Shown: one piece after another, positions 22,861-41,500 of the stretch
How positions within the stretch are numbered: position 1 is the stretch's first letter
How the letters are laid out: the number at the start of each line of letters is the position of its first letter
From: Eledone cirrhosa
Taxonomy: Eukaryota
Length of the DNA stretch: 64,000 nt
Assembly: GCA_964016885.1 (NCBI GenBank)
Contig: OZ024740.1
Location: 440,696,001 to 440,760,000, forward strand
Reading direction: 5' to 3'
The notes under the pieces: generated by a model
What the model saw: the letters and a program-made list of their open reading frames with translations, nothing else
Database searches by the model: none
What the model was told of the DNA's origin: nothing
Program-made: the position numbers and the translations under genes

Positions 22861-23586
22861 ACTATCACCACCACCAACAACAACACCACCAACAACAACA
22901 ACAACACCAACACCAACAACACCAACAACAGCACCATCACCAACAACAACAACAACACCAACACCAACACCAGCAACAACAACAATAACAACACCAACAC
23001 CAACAACAAAACCAAAAACAACAACAATAACACCGACACCAACAACAACACCACCAACAACAACAACACCACCACCAACAACAACAACAACGCCAACAAC
23101 AACACCAACACCAACAACACCAACAACACCAACAACACCAACAACAACACCAACACCAACAACACCAACAACACCACCACCAACAACAACAACACCAACA
23201 ACAATAACACAAACAACACCAACACCAACAACACCACCACCACCAACAACACCACCAACAACTACAACAACAACACCAACAACAATAACACCAACAACAC
23301 CAACACCAACAACACCACCACCACCAACAACAACAAAACCAACTACAACAACACCTGCAACAACACCAACACCAACTGCATCAACAACAACAACAGCAAC
23401 AACAACAACACAAACATCACTACCAGCAACACCACCAGGAACCCCTCAAAACCAACAAAACCACCACCACCTCCAACAACAATAACAACAACAACATCAA
23501 CAACAAAACCAACAACAACAACAACACCCACAACTAACATCACCGCCACCAACAATAACAACAACACCAACACCAACAACACCACC

Positions 23587-23623
<37 letters not shown>

Positions 23624-24347
23624 GCAATAACAACAACAACAACACCGACACCAAAACCAAGAACAACAACACAACCAACAGCAACAGCAACAATACCAAC
23701 ACCAACACCAATAACACCAACAGAACAACAACAACAATCCCAACACCAATACCAACAACACCAACACCAACAACACCAACAAAACCAACAACAATAACAC
23801 CTATAACACCACCACCACCAACAACACCACCAACAGCAACAACAACACCAAAAACAACAACGCCAACAACAACACCAACAACACCAACAACAACAACATC
23901 AACACAAACAACAATAACACCAACACCAACAACACCAACAACACCACCAACAACAACACCAACAACAACACCACCAACAACAACACCAACAAAAACACCA
24001 ACATCACTACCAGCAACACCACCAAGAACATCAACAACACCACCAGCACCAACAACAATAACAACAACAACACCAACGACAAAACCAGCAACACCAACAA
24101 CAACAGAAACCACCACCACCAACAACAACAAAAACACAAACAACAACAGCAATAACAACAACACCAACACCAACACCAACAACAATAACAACAACAACAA
24201 CAACAGCAACAACAACACGACCAACACCAACAACAACACCAACAACACCAACATCACCACCAGCAACACCACCAAGAACCCCCCAAAACCAACAAAACCA
24301 CCACCACCTCCAACCACAATGACAACAACAACATCAACAACAAAAGC

Positions 24348-24396
<49 letters not shown>

Positions 24397-25185
24397 CCGA
24401 CACCAAAACCAACAATAACAACACAACCAACAACAGCAGCAACAACACCAACACCGACACCAACACCAATAACACCAACAGAACAACAAAACAATCCCAA
24501 CACCAATACCAACAACACCAACACCAACACCAGTAATGCCAACAACAACAACAACACCAACACCAACACCACCAACAACAACACCAACACCAACAACAAC
24601 ACCAACAACAACACCACCAACACCAACAACAACACCAACAACACCAACAACAACAATAACACCAACAACACCACCACCACCCAGCATAACAACACGAACA
24701 ACTACAACACCAACAACAACACCAAACCCAACAATACCAACCACAACAACAACAACACCAATAACACCAACAACACCAACAACAACAACACCAACAACAC
24801 CGACAACACCAACAAAACCAACAACAATAACACCCATAACACCACCACCACCAACAACAGCAACAACAATACCAGCAACAACACCAACAACAACAACACA
24901 AACAACAACAATACCAACAACAACACTACCAACTACCACACCAACAACACCAACAACACCAACAACAACACCAACACCAACACCAACAACACCAACAACA
25001 CCACCACCACCAACAACAACACCAACAACAATAACACAAACAACACCAACACCAACAACACCACCACCAACAACACCACCAACAACTACAGCAACAACAA
25101 CAACACCAACCAGGAACCCCTCAAAACCAACAAAACCACCACCACCTCCAACAACAATAACAACAACAACATCAACAACAAATTC

Positions 25186-25234
<49 letters not shown>

Positions 25235-25505
25235 GCAATAACAACAACAACAACACCGACACCAAAACCCAGAACAACAACACAACCAACAGCAACAGCA
25301 ACAATACCAACACCAACACCAACACCAATAACACCAACAGAACAACAACAACAATCCCAACACCAATACCAACAACACCAACACCAACAACACCAACAAA
25401 ACCAACAACAATAACACCTATAACACCACCACCACCAACAACACCACCAACAGCAACAACAACACCAAAAACAACAACGCCAACAACAACACCAACAACA
25501 CCACC

Positions 25506-25539
<34 letters not shown>

Positions 25540-26171
25540 CAAACAACAATAACACCAACACCACAACACCAACAACACCACCAACAACAACACCAACAAC
25601 AACACCACCAACAACAACACCAACAAAAACACGACCAACAACAACAACAACACCAACAAAAACACCAACATCACTACCAGCAACACCACCAAGAACATCA
25701 ACAACACCACCAGCACCAACAACAATAACAACAACAACACCAACGACAAAACCAGCAACAACAACAACAACAGAAACCACCACCACCAACAACAACAAAA
25801 ACACCAACAACAACAGCAATAACAACAACACCAACACCAACACCAACACCAATAACAACAACAACAACAACAGCAACAACAACACGACCAACACCAACAA
25901 CAACACCAACAACACCAACATCACCACCAGCAACACCACCAAGAACCCCTCAAAACCAACAAAACCACCACCACCTCCAACAACAATGACAACAACAACA
26001 TCAACAACAAAAGCAACAACAACAACAACAACAACAACACCCACAACTAACATCACCGCCACCAACAATAACAACAACACCAACACCAACAACACCACCA
26101 CCAACAACAACAACAACAACAAACAACACCGACACCAACACCAACAACACCAAAAACAATAACACCCTTAA

Positions 26172-26203
<32 letters not shown>

Positions 26204-27182
26204 CCAGCAACAACACCAACAACAACAACACCAACAAGAACAATACCAACAACAACACTACCAACAACCACACCAACAACACCAACAACACCAACAACAA
26301 CAACAACACCGACAACAACAACACCAACAACAACACCAAACCAACAACATCAACAACACCAACAACAACACCAACACCAATAACAACAACACCAACAACA
26401 CCACCAACAACAACAATAACACCAACAACAATAACACCAACATTACCAACACCAACAACACCACCACCACCAACAACAACACCAACAACTACAACAACTA
26501 CACCAACAACAATAACACCAACAACAGCACCATCACCAACAACAACAACAACACCAACACCAACACCAGCAACAACAACAATAACAACACCAACACCAAC
26601 AACAAAACCAAAAACAACAACAATAACACCGACACCAACAACAACACCACCAACAACAACAACACCACCACCAACAACAACAACAACGCCAACAACAACA
26701 CCAACACCAACAACACCAACAACACCAACAACACCAACAACAACACCAACACCAACAACACCAACAACACCACCACCAACAACAACAACACCAACAACAA
26801 TAACACAAACAACACCAACACCAACAACACCACCACCACCAACAACACCACCAACAACTACAACAACAACACCAACAACAATAACACCAACAACACCAAC
26901 ACCAACAACACCACCACCACCAACAACAACAAAACCAACTACAACAACACCTGCAACAACACCAACACCAACTGCATCAACAACAACAACAGCAACAACA
27001 ACAACACAAACATCACTACCAGCAACACCACCAGGAACCCCTCAAAACCAACAAAACCACCACCACCTCCAACAACAATAACAACAACAACATCAACAAC
27101 AAAACCAACAACAACAACAACACCCACAACTAACATCACCGCCACCAACAATAACAACAACACCAACACCAACAACACCACC

Positions 27183-27219
<37 letters not shown>

Positions 27220-27943
27220 GCAATAACAACAACAACAACACCGACACCAAAACCAAGAACAACAACACAACCAACAGCAACAGCAACAATACCAACACCA
27301 ACACCAATAACACCAACAGAACAACAACAACAATCCCAACACCAATACCAACAACACCAACACCAACAACACCAACAAAACCAACAACAATAACACCTAT
27401 AACACCACCACCACCAACAACACCACCAACAGCAACAACAACACCAAAAACAACAACGCCAACAACAACACCAACAACACCAACAACAACAACATCAACA
27501 CAAACAACAATAACACCAACACCAACAACACCAACAACACCACCAACAACAACACCAACAACAACACCACCAACAACAACACCAACAAAAACACCAACAT
27601 CACTACCAGCAACACCACCAAGAACATCAACAACACCACCAGCACCAACAACAATAACAACAACAACACCAACGACAAAACCAGCAACACCAACAACAAC
27701 AGAAACCACCACCACCAACAACAACAAAAACACAAACAACAACAGCAATAACAACAACACCAACACCAACACCAACAACAATAACAACAACAACAACAAC
27801 AGCAACAACAACACGACCAACACCAACAACAACACCAACAACACCAACATCACCACCAGCAACACCACCAAGAACCCCCCAAAACCAACAAAACCACCAC
27901 CACCTCCAACCACAATGACAACAACAACATCAACAACAAAAGC

Positions 27944-27992
<49 letters not shown>

Positions 27993-28781
27993 CCGACACC
28001 AAAACCAACAATAACAACACAACCAACAACAGCAGCAACAACACCAACACCGACACCAACACCAATAACACCAACAGAACAACAAAACAATCCCAACACC
28101 AATACCAACAACACCAACACCAACACCAGTAATGCCAACAACAACAACAACACCAACACCAACACCACCAACAACAACACCAACACCAACAACAACACCA
28201 ACAACAACACCACCAACACCAACAACAACACCAACAACACCAACAACAACAATAACACCAACAACACCACCACCACCCAGCATAACAACACGAACAACTA
28301 CAACACCAACAACAACACCAAACCCAACAATACCAACCACAACAACAACAACACCAATAACACCAACAACACCAACAACAACAACACCAACAACACCGAC
28401 AACACCAACAAAACCAACAACAATAACACCCATAACACCACCACCACCAACAACAGCAACAACAATACCAGCAACAACACCAACAACAACAACACAAACA
28501 ACAACAATACCAACAACAACACTACCAACTACCACACCAACAACACCAACAACACCAACAACAACACCAACACCAACACCAACAACACCAACAACACCAC
28601 CACCACCAACAACAACACCAACAACAATAACACAAACAACACCAACACCAACAACACCACCACCAACAACACCACCAACAACTACAGCAACAACAACAAC
28701 ACCAACCAGGAACCCCTCAAAACCAACAAAACCACCACCACCTCCAACAACAATAACAACAACAACATCAACAACAAATTC

Positions 28782-28830
<49 letters not shown>

Positions 28831-29101
28831 GCAATAACAACAACAACAACACCGACACCAAAACCCAGAACAACAACACAACCAACAGCAACAGCAACAA
28901 TACCAACACCAACACCAACACCAATAACACCAACAGAACAACAACAACAATCCCAACACCAATACCAACAACACCAACACCAACAACACCAACAAAACCA
29001 ACAACAATAACACCTATAACACCACCACCACCAACAACACCACCAACAGCAACAACAACACCAAAAACAACAACGCCAACAACAACACCAACAACACCAC
29101 C

Positions 29102-29135
<34 letters not shown>

Positions 29136-29767
29136 CAAACAACAATAACACCAACACCACAACACCAACAACACCACCAACAACAACACCAACAACAACA
29201 CCACCAACAACAACACCAACAAAAACACGACCAACAACAACAACAACACCAACAAAAACACCAACATCACTACCAGCAACACCACCAAGAACATCAACAA
29301 CACCACCAGCACCAACAACAATAACAACAACAACACCAACGACAAAACCAGCAACAACAACAACAACAGAAACCACCACCACCAACAACAACAAAAACAC
29401 CAACAACAACAGCAATAACAACAACACCAACACCAACACCAACACCAATAACAACAACAACAACAACAGCAACAACAACACGACCAACACCAACAACAAC
29501 ACCAACAACACCAACATCACCACCAGCAACACCACCAAGAACCCCTCAAAACCAACAAAACCACCACCACCTCCAACAACAATGACAACAACAACATCAA
29601 CAACAAAAGCAACAACAACAACAACAACAACAACACCCACAACTAACATCACCGCCACCAACAATAACAACAACACCAACACCAACAACACCACCACCAA
29701 CAACAACAACAACAACAAACAACACCGACACCAACACCAACAACACCAAAAACAATAACACCCTTAA

Positions 29768-29799
<32 letters not shown>

Positions 29800-30868
29800 C
29801 CAGCAACAACACCAACAACAACAACACCAACAAGAACAATACCAACAACAACACTACCAACAACCACACCAACAACACCAACAACACCAACAACAACAAC
29901 AACACCGACAACAACAACACCAACAACAACACCAAACCAACAACATCAACAACACCAACAACAACACCAACACCAATAACAACAACACCAACAACACCAC
30001 CAACAACAACAATAACACCAACAACAATAACACCAACATTACCAACACCAACAACACCACCACCACCAACAACAACACCAACAACTACAACAACTACACC
30101 AACAACAATAACACCAACAACACCAACACCAACAACACCACCACCACCAACAACAACAACACCAACAACACCAACAACAACAACAACACCAACAACTACA
30201 ACACCACCACCAACAACACCAACAACAACACCAACACTAACACCAACAACAACAACACAAACAACAACAACAACAACAACAACACTACCAACAACAACAA
30301 CACCAACAACAACAACAACACCACCAACACCATCAACAACAGCAACACCAAAACCAACAACAACATCACCAATAACAACAACAACATCAAAACCACCAAA
30401 AACATCACCAATAACAACAACAACACCAACAACAACAACACCACCAACAACAACAACACCAACAACAACAACACCAACACCAACAACAGCAGCAACAACA
30501 CCAACAACAATAACAACACCAACAACATCAACGACACCAACAACACCAACAACAACAACAACACCAAAACCAACAACACCAGCAACAACAACAACAACAA
30601 CACCAACAACAACACCAACACCAACACCAGTACCAACAACAACAACACCTACGACAACAAAACTACCGCCAACACCACCAACACCAACTACAACAACACC
30701 AACAACAATACCAACAACATCAACAACACCAACAACACCAACAACAACAATACCAACTACAGCACCAACAACACCAACACCGACAACAACAACACCAACA
30801 GCAACAACAGCAACAACAACAACACCACCAACAACAACAACAACTACAACAACACCAACACCAACAAT

Positions 30869-30902
<34 letters not shown>

Positions 30903-32673
30903 CCAACAACAACACCAACAACAACCATAACACCAACACCAACAAAAACAAAACCAACAACAACAGCAATAACAACAACAACAACACCAACACCAACACC
31001 AACACCAACACCAACACCAACAACAAAACCCCCACCACCAACAACAACAACAACACCAACACCAACACCAACACCAATACCAACACCACCAACAACAACA
31101 ACACGACCAACAACAACACCAAAAACACCAAGAACAACAACACCAGCAATAACAGCAACATCACCACCCGCAACACCACCAAGAACCCATCAAAACCAAC
31201 AAAACCACCACCACCAACAACAACAATAACAACAACAACACCAACAACAAAACCAACACCCTCAAAAACAACGACACAACCAACAAGACCACCAAGAACA
31301 AAAAGAACACCAACACCAACAACACTACCAACAACACCAACAACACCAACACGAACAACACCAACACCAACAACGCCAACAACAACACCAACAACAACAA
31401 CGCCAACAACAATAACACCAACACCAACAACACCAACAACACCACCAACATCAACAACACCAACAACACCAACAACAACACCACCAACAACAACACCAAC
31501 AACAACACCACCAAAAACAACACCTACAACAACACCAACAACAACACGGCCAACAACAACAGCAACAACACCAACAAAAACAGCAACAACAACACCGACA
31601 GCAACACCGACATCACCAACAACAACAACAATAACAACAACAACACCAAACGAGAAAACCAGCAGCAATAACAACAACAACACCAACGACACCACCACCA
31701 ACAGCAACAACAACAATAACACCAACACCAACAACAACACCAACAACAACACCACCACCACCAACACCACCACCACCAACTACAACAACAACACCAACAA
31801 CAACAGCAATAACAACAACAACAACACCAACACCAACACCAACAACAAAACACCACGAACAACAAAATCAACACCAATACCAACACCAACACCAACACCA
31901 ACAACACCAACACCAACACCAATAACACCAACAACAACAACAGCAACAACAACACGACCAACACCAACAACAACAACACCAACAACACCACCAGCAACAC
32001 CACCAAGAACCCCTCAAAACCAACAAAACCACCACCACCACCAACAACAACACCACCACCACCAACAACAACAACACCAACAACACCAACAACAACAACA
32101 CCAACAACAACACCACCAACAACAACATCAACACCAACAACACCACCAACAACAACAACAACACCGACACCAACAAAACCAATACCAACAACACCACCAA
32201 CAACACCACCAACAACAACAACACCAACAACAACAACACCAACAACAATAACACCAACACCAACAACATCAACAACACCACCAACATCAACAACACCAAC
32301 AACACCACCAACAACAACACCAACAACAACACCACCAACAACAACACCGACAACAACACCACCAACAACAACAGCAACAACACCAACAAAAACACCAACA
32401 TCACCACCGGGCAACACCACCAAGAACATCAACAACACCACCAGCACCAACAACAACAAGAACAACAACAACAACAACACCAACACCAACACCAACACCA
32501 CCAACAACAACAACACCAACAACACCAACAAAAACACCAACAACAACAACACCAGCAATAACACCAACATCACCACTAGCAACTCCACCAAGAACACCAT
32601 CAACACCAACAAAACCACCACAACCAACAACAATAACAACAACAACACCAACAACAAAACCAACAACAACACC

Positions 32674-32704
<31 letters not shown>

Positions 32705-35581
32705 CCAACACCAACAACACCAACATTAACAGCACCAACAACAACAACGCCAACAACAATAACACCAACTCCAACAACACCAACAACACCACCAACATCA
32801 ACAACACCAACAACAACACTAACAACAACAGCAGCAACAACAACACCAACAACAACACCAACAACAACAACACCAACAAAACACCAACATCAACACCAGC
32901 AACAACAACAATAACAACAACACCAAACGACAAAACCAGCAACACCAACAACAACACCAACAAAACCACCAACACCAACAACAACACCAACAACAACACC
33001 ACCAACAACAACACCAACAAAAACACCAACATCACTACCAGCAACACCACCAAGAACATCAACAACACCACCAGCACCAACAACAAAAACAACAACAACA
33101 CCAACGACAAAACCAGCAACACCAACAACAACAGAAACCACCACCACCAACAACAACAAAAACACCAACAACAACAGCAATAACAACAACACCAACACCA
33201 ACACCAACACCAACACCAATAACAACAACAACAACAACAGCAACAACAACACGACCAACACCAACAACAACACCAACAACACCAACATCACCACCAGCAA
33301 CACCACCAAGAACCCCTCAAAACCAACAAAACCACCACCACCTCCAATAACAATGACAACAACAACATCAACAACAAAAGCAACAACAACAACAACAACA
33401 ACAACACCCACAACTAACATCACCGCCACCAACAATAACAACAACACCAACACCAACAACACCAACAACAACAACAACAACAACATAACAACAACAACAA
33501 CAAACAACACCGACACCAACACCAACAATAACAAAACAACCAACAACAACAGCAACAACACCAACACCAACACCAACACCAATAACACCAACAGAACAAC
33601 AACAACAATCCCAACACCAATACCAACAACACCAACACCAACACCAGTAACGCCAACAACAACAACAACAACACCAACACCAACACCAACATCAACAACA
33701 ACAACACCAACAACAACACCACCAACAACAACACCAACACCAACAACACCAACAACAACAATAACACCAACAACACCACCACCACCCACAACAACGACAC
33801 GAACAACTACAACACCAACAACAACAACAACACCAACAACACCAACAACAACAACAACACCAACAACAACAACACCAACAACAACACCAAACCAACAACA
33901 CCAACAACACCAACAACAACACCAACACCAACAACAACAACACCAACAACACCACCAACAACAACAATAACACCAACAACAATAACACTAACAATACCAA
34001 CACCAACAACAATAACACCAACAATACCAACACCAACAACACCACCACCACCAACAACAACACCAACAACAATAACACCAACAACACCAACACCAACAAC
34101 ACCACCACCACCAACAACAACAACACCAACTACACCAACAACAATAAAAACAACACCAACAACTACAACACCACCACCAACAACACCAACAACAACACCA
34201 ACACTAACACCAACAACAACAACACCAACAACAACAACAATACTGCCAACAACAACAACACCAACATCACCAACAACAACAACAACACCACCAACACCAT
34301 CAACAACAGCAACACCAAAACCAACAACAACATCACCAATAACAACAACAACACCAAAACCACCAAAAACATCACCAATAACAACAACAACACCAACAAC
34401 AACAACACGACCAACAACAACAACACAAACAACAACAACACCAACACCAACAACACCAGCAACAACAACAACAACAATAACAACACCAACAACAACAACA
34501 ACACCAAAACCAACAACACCAGCAACACCAACAACAACAACACCAACAACAACACCAACACCAACACCAACACCAGTACCAGCAACAACAACACCTACGA
34601 CAACAAAACCACCGCCAACACCACCAACACCAACTACAACAACACCAACAACAATACCAACAACACCAACAACACCAACAACACCAACAACAACAACACC
34701 AACTACAGCACCAACAACACCAACACCGACAACAACAACACCAACAGCAACAACAGCAACAACAACAACACCACCACCAACAACAACAACAACAACAACA
34801 ACAACAGCAGCAACAACAACACCACCAACAACACCAACAACAACACCAACAACAACCATAACACCAACACCAACAAAAACAAAACCAACAACAACAGCAA
34901 TAACAACAACAACACCAACACCAACGCCAACACCAACAACAAAACCCTCACCACCAACAACAACAACAACACCAACACCAACACCAACACCAACACCACC
35001 AACAACAACAACACCAACAACAACACGACCAACAACAACACCAAAAACACCAACAAAAACACCAAGAACAACAACACCAGCAATATCACCAACATCACCA
35101 CCCGCAACACCACCAAGAACCCATCAAAACCAACAAAACCACCACCACCAACAACAACAATAACAACAACAACACCAACAACAAAACCAACACCCTCAAA
35201 AACAACGACACAACCAACAACACCACCAACAACAAAAAGAACACCAACACCAACATCACTACCAACAACACCAACAACACCAACACCAACAACACCAACA
35301 CCAACAACGCCAACAACAACACCAACAACAACAACGCCAACAACAATAACACCAACACCAACAACACCAACAACACCACCAACATCAACAACACCAACAA
35401 CACCAACAACAACACCACCAACAACAATACCAACAACAACACCACCAAAAACAACACCAACAAAAACAGCAACAACAACACAGACAGCAACACCGACATC
35501 ACCAACAACAACAACAATAACAACAACAACACCAAACGACAAAACCAGCAACAATAACAACAACAACACCTACAACAACAC

Positions 35582-35612
<31 letters not shown>

Positions 35613-38566
35613 AACACCAACACCAACACCAACACCAACAACAACACCACCACCACCAACACCACCACCACGAACTACAACAACAACACCAACAACAACA
35701 GCAATAACAACAACAACAACACCAACACCAACACCAACAACAAAACACCACGAACAACAAAATCAACACCAGTACCAACACCGACACCAACACCAACAAC
35801 ACCAACACCAACACCAATAACACCAACAACAACAACAGCAACAACAACACGACCAGCACCAACAACAACAACACCAACAACACCACCAGCAACACCACCA
35901 AGAACCCCTCAAAACCAACAAAACCACCAACGCCACCAACAACTATGACAACAACAGCATCAACAACAAACCAACAACAACAACAACAATAACAACACCC
36001 ACAACTAACATTACCGCCACCAACAATAACAACAACACCAACATCAACAACACCACCACCAACAACAACAACACCACCACCAACAACAACAACACCAACA
36101 ACACCAACAACAACACCAACAACAACACCACCACCAACAACATCAACACCAACAACACCACCAACAACACCAACAACACCACCAACATCAACAACTCCAA
36201 CAACAACACTAACAACAACAGCAGCAACAACAACACCAACAACAACACCAACAACAACAACACCAACAAAACACCAACATCAACACCAGCAACAACAACA
36301 ATGACAACAACACCAAACGACAAAACCAGCAACACCAACAACAACGCCAACAACACCACCAACACCAACACCAACAACAACAACAACAACAACAACAACA
36401 CCAACACCAACAACAACACCAACAACAACACCACCACCACCAGCACCACAACCAACCAACTACAACAACAACAACACCACCAACAACAGCAATAACAACA
36501 GCAACAACACCAACACCAACACCAACAACAAAACACCACCAACAACAAAAACAACACCAATACCAACACCAACACCAGCACCAACACCAACAACAACACC
36601 AATAACACCAACAACAACAACATCAACACCAACACCAACACCAAAAACACCACCAACAACAACAACAACCCCAACACCAACACCAGCACCAGTAACGCCA
36701 ACAACTACAACAACACCAACACCAACACTAATAACACCAACAACAACAAAACCAACAACAATACCAACACCAACACCACCAACAACAACACCAACATCAA
36801 CAACAACAACACCAACAACAACACCACCAACAACAACACCAACACCAACAACACCAACAACAACAATAACACCAACAACACCACCACCACCCACAACAAC
36901 GACACGAACAACTACAACACCAACAACAACACCAACCACAACAACACCAACAGCACCCATGACACCACCAACAATAACAACACCAACAACACCACCAACA
37001 ACACCACCAACAACAACACCAACAACAACAACAACAACAACAACACCAGCAACAACACCAACAACAATAACAAGAACAACACCAACAACACCAACAACAA
37101 CACCAACAACAACAACAACAACACCAACAACAACACCAACACCAACAAAACCAACAACAAAAAACAACAACACCAACAACAACAACACCAACAACACCAA
37201 CACCAACAACACCACCACCAACACCGACAACACCAACAACACCAACAACAACACCAACAACAACACCAACAACAACACCAGCAACACCAACACCACCAAC
37301 AACAACAACACCGACAACAACACCAACAACAATAACACCAACAACACCAACACCAACAACACCACCACCAACAACAACACCAACAACTACAACACCAACA
37401 ACAACACCAACAACACCAACAACAACACCAACAACACCACCAACAACACCAACAACACCAACAACACCAACAACAACAAAACCAACAACGACACCAATAA
37501 CAACACCAACACTAACACAAACAACAACAACACCAACAACACCAACAACAACAACACCAACACCACCACCAGCAACATCAGCACCACCAACAACAACAAC
37601 ACCAACACCAACACCACCAACAATAACAACAACATCACCAACAGCACCACCAACAACAACATCAACACCACCAACAACAACACCAACAACAACAACCCCA
37701 ACAACAAAAACAACAACAACACCAACAACAACACCACCACCAACAACACAAACACCACCACCAACATCACCACCAGCAACATCACCACCAGCAACAACAC
37801 CAACAACACCACCAACAACGTAAAAACAAGCACCACCAACAACAACACCACCAACAACACCAACAACAACAACACCAACAACAACAACACCAACAACAAC
37901 AACATCAACAGCACCACCAAAAACAACACCACCAACAACAACAACACCAACACCAACACCAACACCAACACCACCACCAACAACAACACCAACAATAACA
38001 ACACCAACAACACCAACAACAACACCAACAACAACAACACCACCAACAACAACATCAACAGCACCACCAAAAACAACACCACCAACAACAACAACACCAA
38101 CACCAACACCAACACCAACACCAACACCACCACCAACAACAACACCACCAACAACAACAACACCAACAACAACACCAACAACACCACCAACAATATCAAC
38201 AACAATGCGACCAACAACAGCACCAGCAACAACAACACCAACACCAACAACCAACAACAACATCAACACCAACAACAAACATAACACCAACAACACCAAC
38301 AGCACCAACACAACACCACCAACACCACCACCACCAACACCACAACCAACAACAACACCAACAACAAAAACATCAACAACAACAAACAATACCAACAACA
38401 ACAACACCAATAACAACAACACCAACAACAACAACAACACCAACAACACCAACACCACCAACAACAACAACACCAACAACAACACCACCAACACCAACAC
38501 CAACCCCAACAACAACAACACCCCCAACACCAACACCACATCAACAACAACAACACCACCACCAAC
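22861..38566. repeat. 15.7-kb degenerate (AAC/ACC)n array with higher-order structure
   Basis: Plus strand is almost only A and C. Recurring landmark GAACCCCTCAAAACCAACAAAACCACCACC. 3596-bp tandem duplication. Confidence 0.97.
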
Positions 38567-41500
38567 ATTTATATATCATTACCGCTGTTATATATCATTA
38601 CCACTGTTATATATAATTACCGCTGTTATATATCATTACCATGTTATATATCATTACCACTGTTATATATCATTACCATGTTATATATCATTACCACACT
38701 TATATATCATTACCGCTGTTATATATCATTACCACTGTTATATATCATTACTACTGTTATATATCATTACCACTGTTACATATCATTACCACTGTTATAT
38801 ATCATTACCACTGTTACATATCATCACCACTGTTATATATCATTACCACTGTTATATATCATTACCACTGTTATATATCATTACCACTGTTATATATCAT
38901 TACCATGTTATATATCATTACCACTGTTATATATCATTACCACTGTTATAATATCATTACCACTTTTACATTTCATTACCATGTTATATATCATTACCAT
39001 GTTACATATCATTACAATGTTACATATCATTACCACTGTTATATATCATTACCACTGTTATATATCATTACCACTGTTATATATCATTACCACTATTATA
39101 TATCATTACCAATGTTATATATCATTACCATTGTTATATACCATTACCACTGTTATATATCATTACCATGTTATATATCATTACCACTGTTACATAACAT
39201 TACCATGTTATATATCATTACCATTGTTATATATCATGACCACTGTTATATATCATTACCACACTTATATATCATTACCACTGTTATATATCATTATCGT
39301 GTTATATATAATCGCCATGTTATATATCATTACAACTGTTATATATGGCTACCAATTTTATATATCATTACCGCTGTTATATATCATTACCATGTTATAT
39401 ATCATTACCGCTGTTATGTATCATTACCACTATTATATATCATTACCATGTTATATATCATTACCACTGTTATATATCATTACCACTGTTATATATCATT
39501 ACCACTATTACATATCATTACCACTGTTACATATCATTACCACTGTTATATATCATTACCATGTTATATATCATTACCACTGTTATATATCATTACCACT
39601 GTTATATATCATTACCACTGTTATATATCATTACCCCTGTTATATATCATTACCGCTGTTATATATCATTACCACTGTTATATATCATTAGCACTGTTAT
39701 ATATCATTACCACTGTAATATATCATTACCAATGTTGTATATCATTACCACTGTTACATATCATTACCAATGTTATATATCATTACCACTGTTATATATT
39801 ACCACTGCTATATATCATTACCACTGTTATATATCATTACCACTGTTATATATCATTACCGCTGTTATATATTTCCACTGTTATATATCATTACCACTGT
39901 CATATACCATTACCAATGTTATATATCATTACCACTGTTATATATCATTACCGCTGTTATATATCATTGCCACTGTTATATATCATTACCACTGTTATAT
40001 ATCATTACCACTGTTATATATCATTACCACTGTTATATATGATTACCACTGTTATATTTCATTACCTGTGTTATATATCATTACCACTGTTATATATCAT
40101 TACCACTGTTACATATCATTACCACTGTTATATATCATTACCATTGTTACATATCATTACCACTGTTATATATCATTACCATGTTATATATCATTACCAC
40201 TGTTATATATCATTACCACTGTTACATATCATTACCACTGTTATATATCATTACCACTGTTATATATCATCGCCACTGTTATATATCATTACCATGTTTT
40301 ATATCATCGCCACTGTTATATATCATTACCATGTTATATATCATTACCTCTGTTATATACCATAACCACTGTTATATATCATTATCATGTTATATATCAT
40401 TAACAATGTTACATATCATTACCACTGTTATATATCATTACCACTTTTACATATCATTACCATGTTATATATCATTACCATGTTACATATCATTACCACT
40501 GTTATATATCATTACCACTGTTATATATCATTACCACTGTTACATATCATTACCACTGTTATATATCATTACCACTGTTATATATCATTACCACTGTTAT
40601 ATATCATTACCACTGTTATATATCATTACCACTGTTATATATCATTACCACTGTTATATATCATTACCACTGTTATATAACATTACCATGTTATATATCA
40701 TTACCATTGTTATATATCGTTACCAATGTTATATATCATTACCAAACTTATATATCATTACCACTGTTATATATCATTACCACTGTTATATATCATTACC
40801 ACTGTTATATATCATTACCACTGTTATATATCATTACCACTGTTATATATCATTACCACTGTTATATATCATTACCACTGTTATATAACATTACCATGTT
40901 ATATATCATTACCATTGTTATATATCGTTACCAATGTTATATATCATTACCAAACTTATATATCATTACCACTGTTATATATCGTTACCACTGTTATATA
41001 TCATTACCGCTGTTATATATCATTACCACTGTTATATATCATTACCACTGTTATATGCCATTTCCAGTGTTATATATCATTACCACCGTTGTATATCATT
41101 ACCACTGTTATATATCATTACCGATGTTATATATCATTACCAGTGTTGTATATCGTTACCACTATTATATATCATTACCACTGTTATATATCATTACCAG
41201 TGTTACATATCATTACCACTGTTATATATCATTACCACTGTTATATATCATTACCGCTGTTATATATCATTACCAGTGTTATATATCATTACCAGTGTTA
41301 TATATCATTACCACTGTTATATATCATTACCACTTTTATATATCATTACCTCTGTTATATATCATTACCATGTTATATATCATTACCACTGTTATATATC
41401 ATTACCACTATTATATATCATTACCATGTTATATACCATTACCACTGTTACATATCATTACCACTCTTACATATCATTACCATTGTTATATATCATTACC

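Noticed and set aside
22614-38568. Long Thr/Pro/Asn/Gln-rich (mucin-like) and Val/Leu/Cys-rich ORFs
   Set aside because: By-products of an A/C-only triplet array. Frames switch register repeatedly, with no signal peptide, domain or exon structure.
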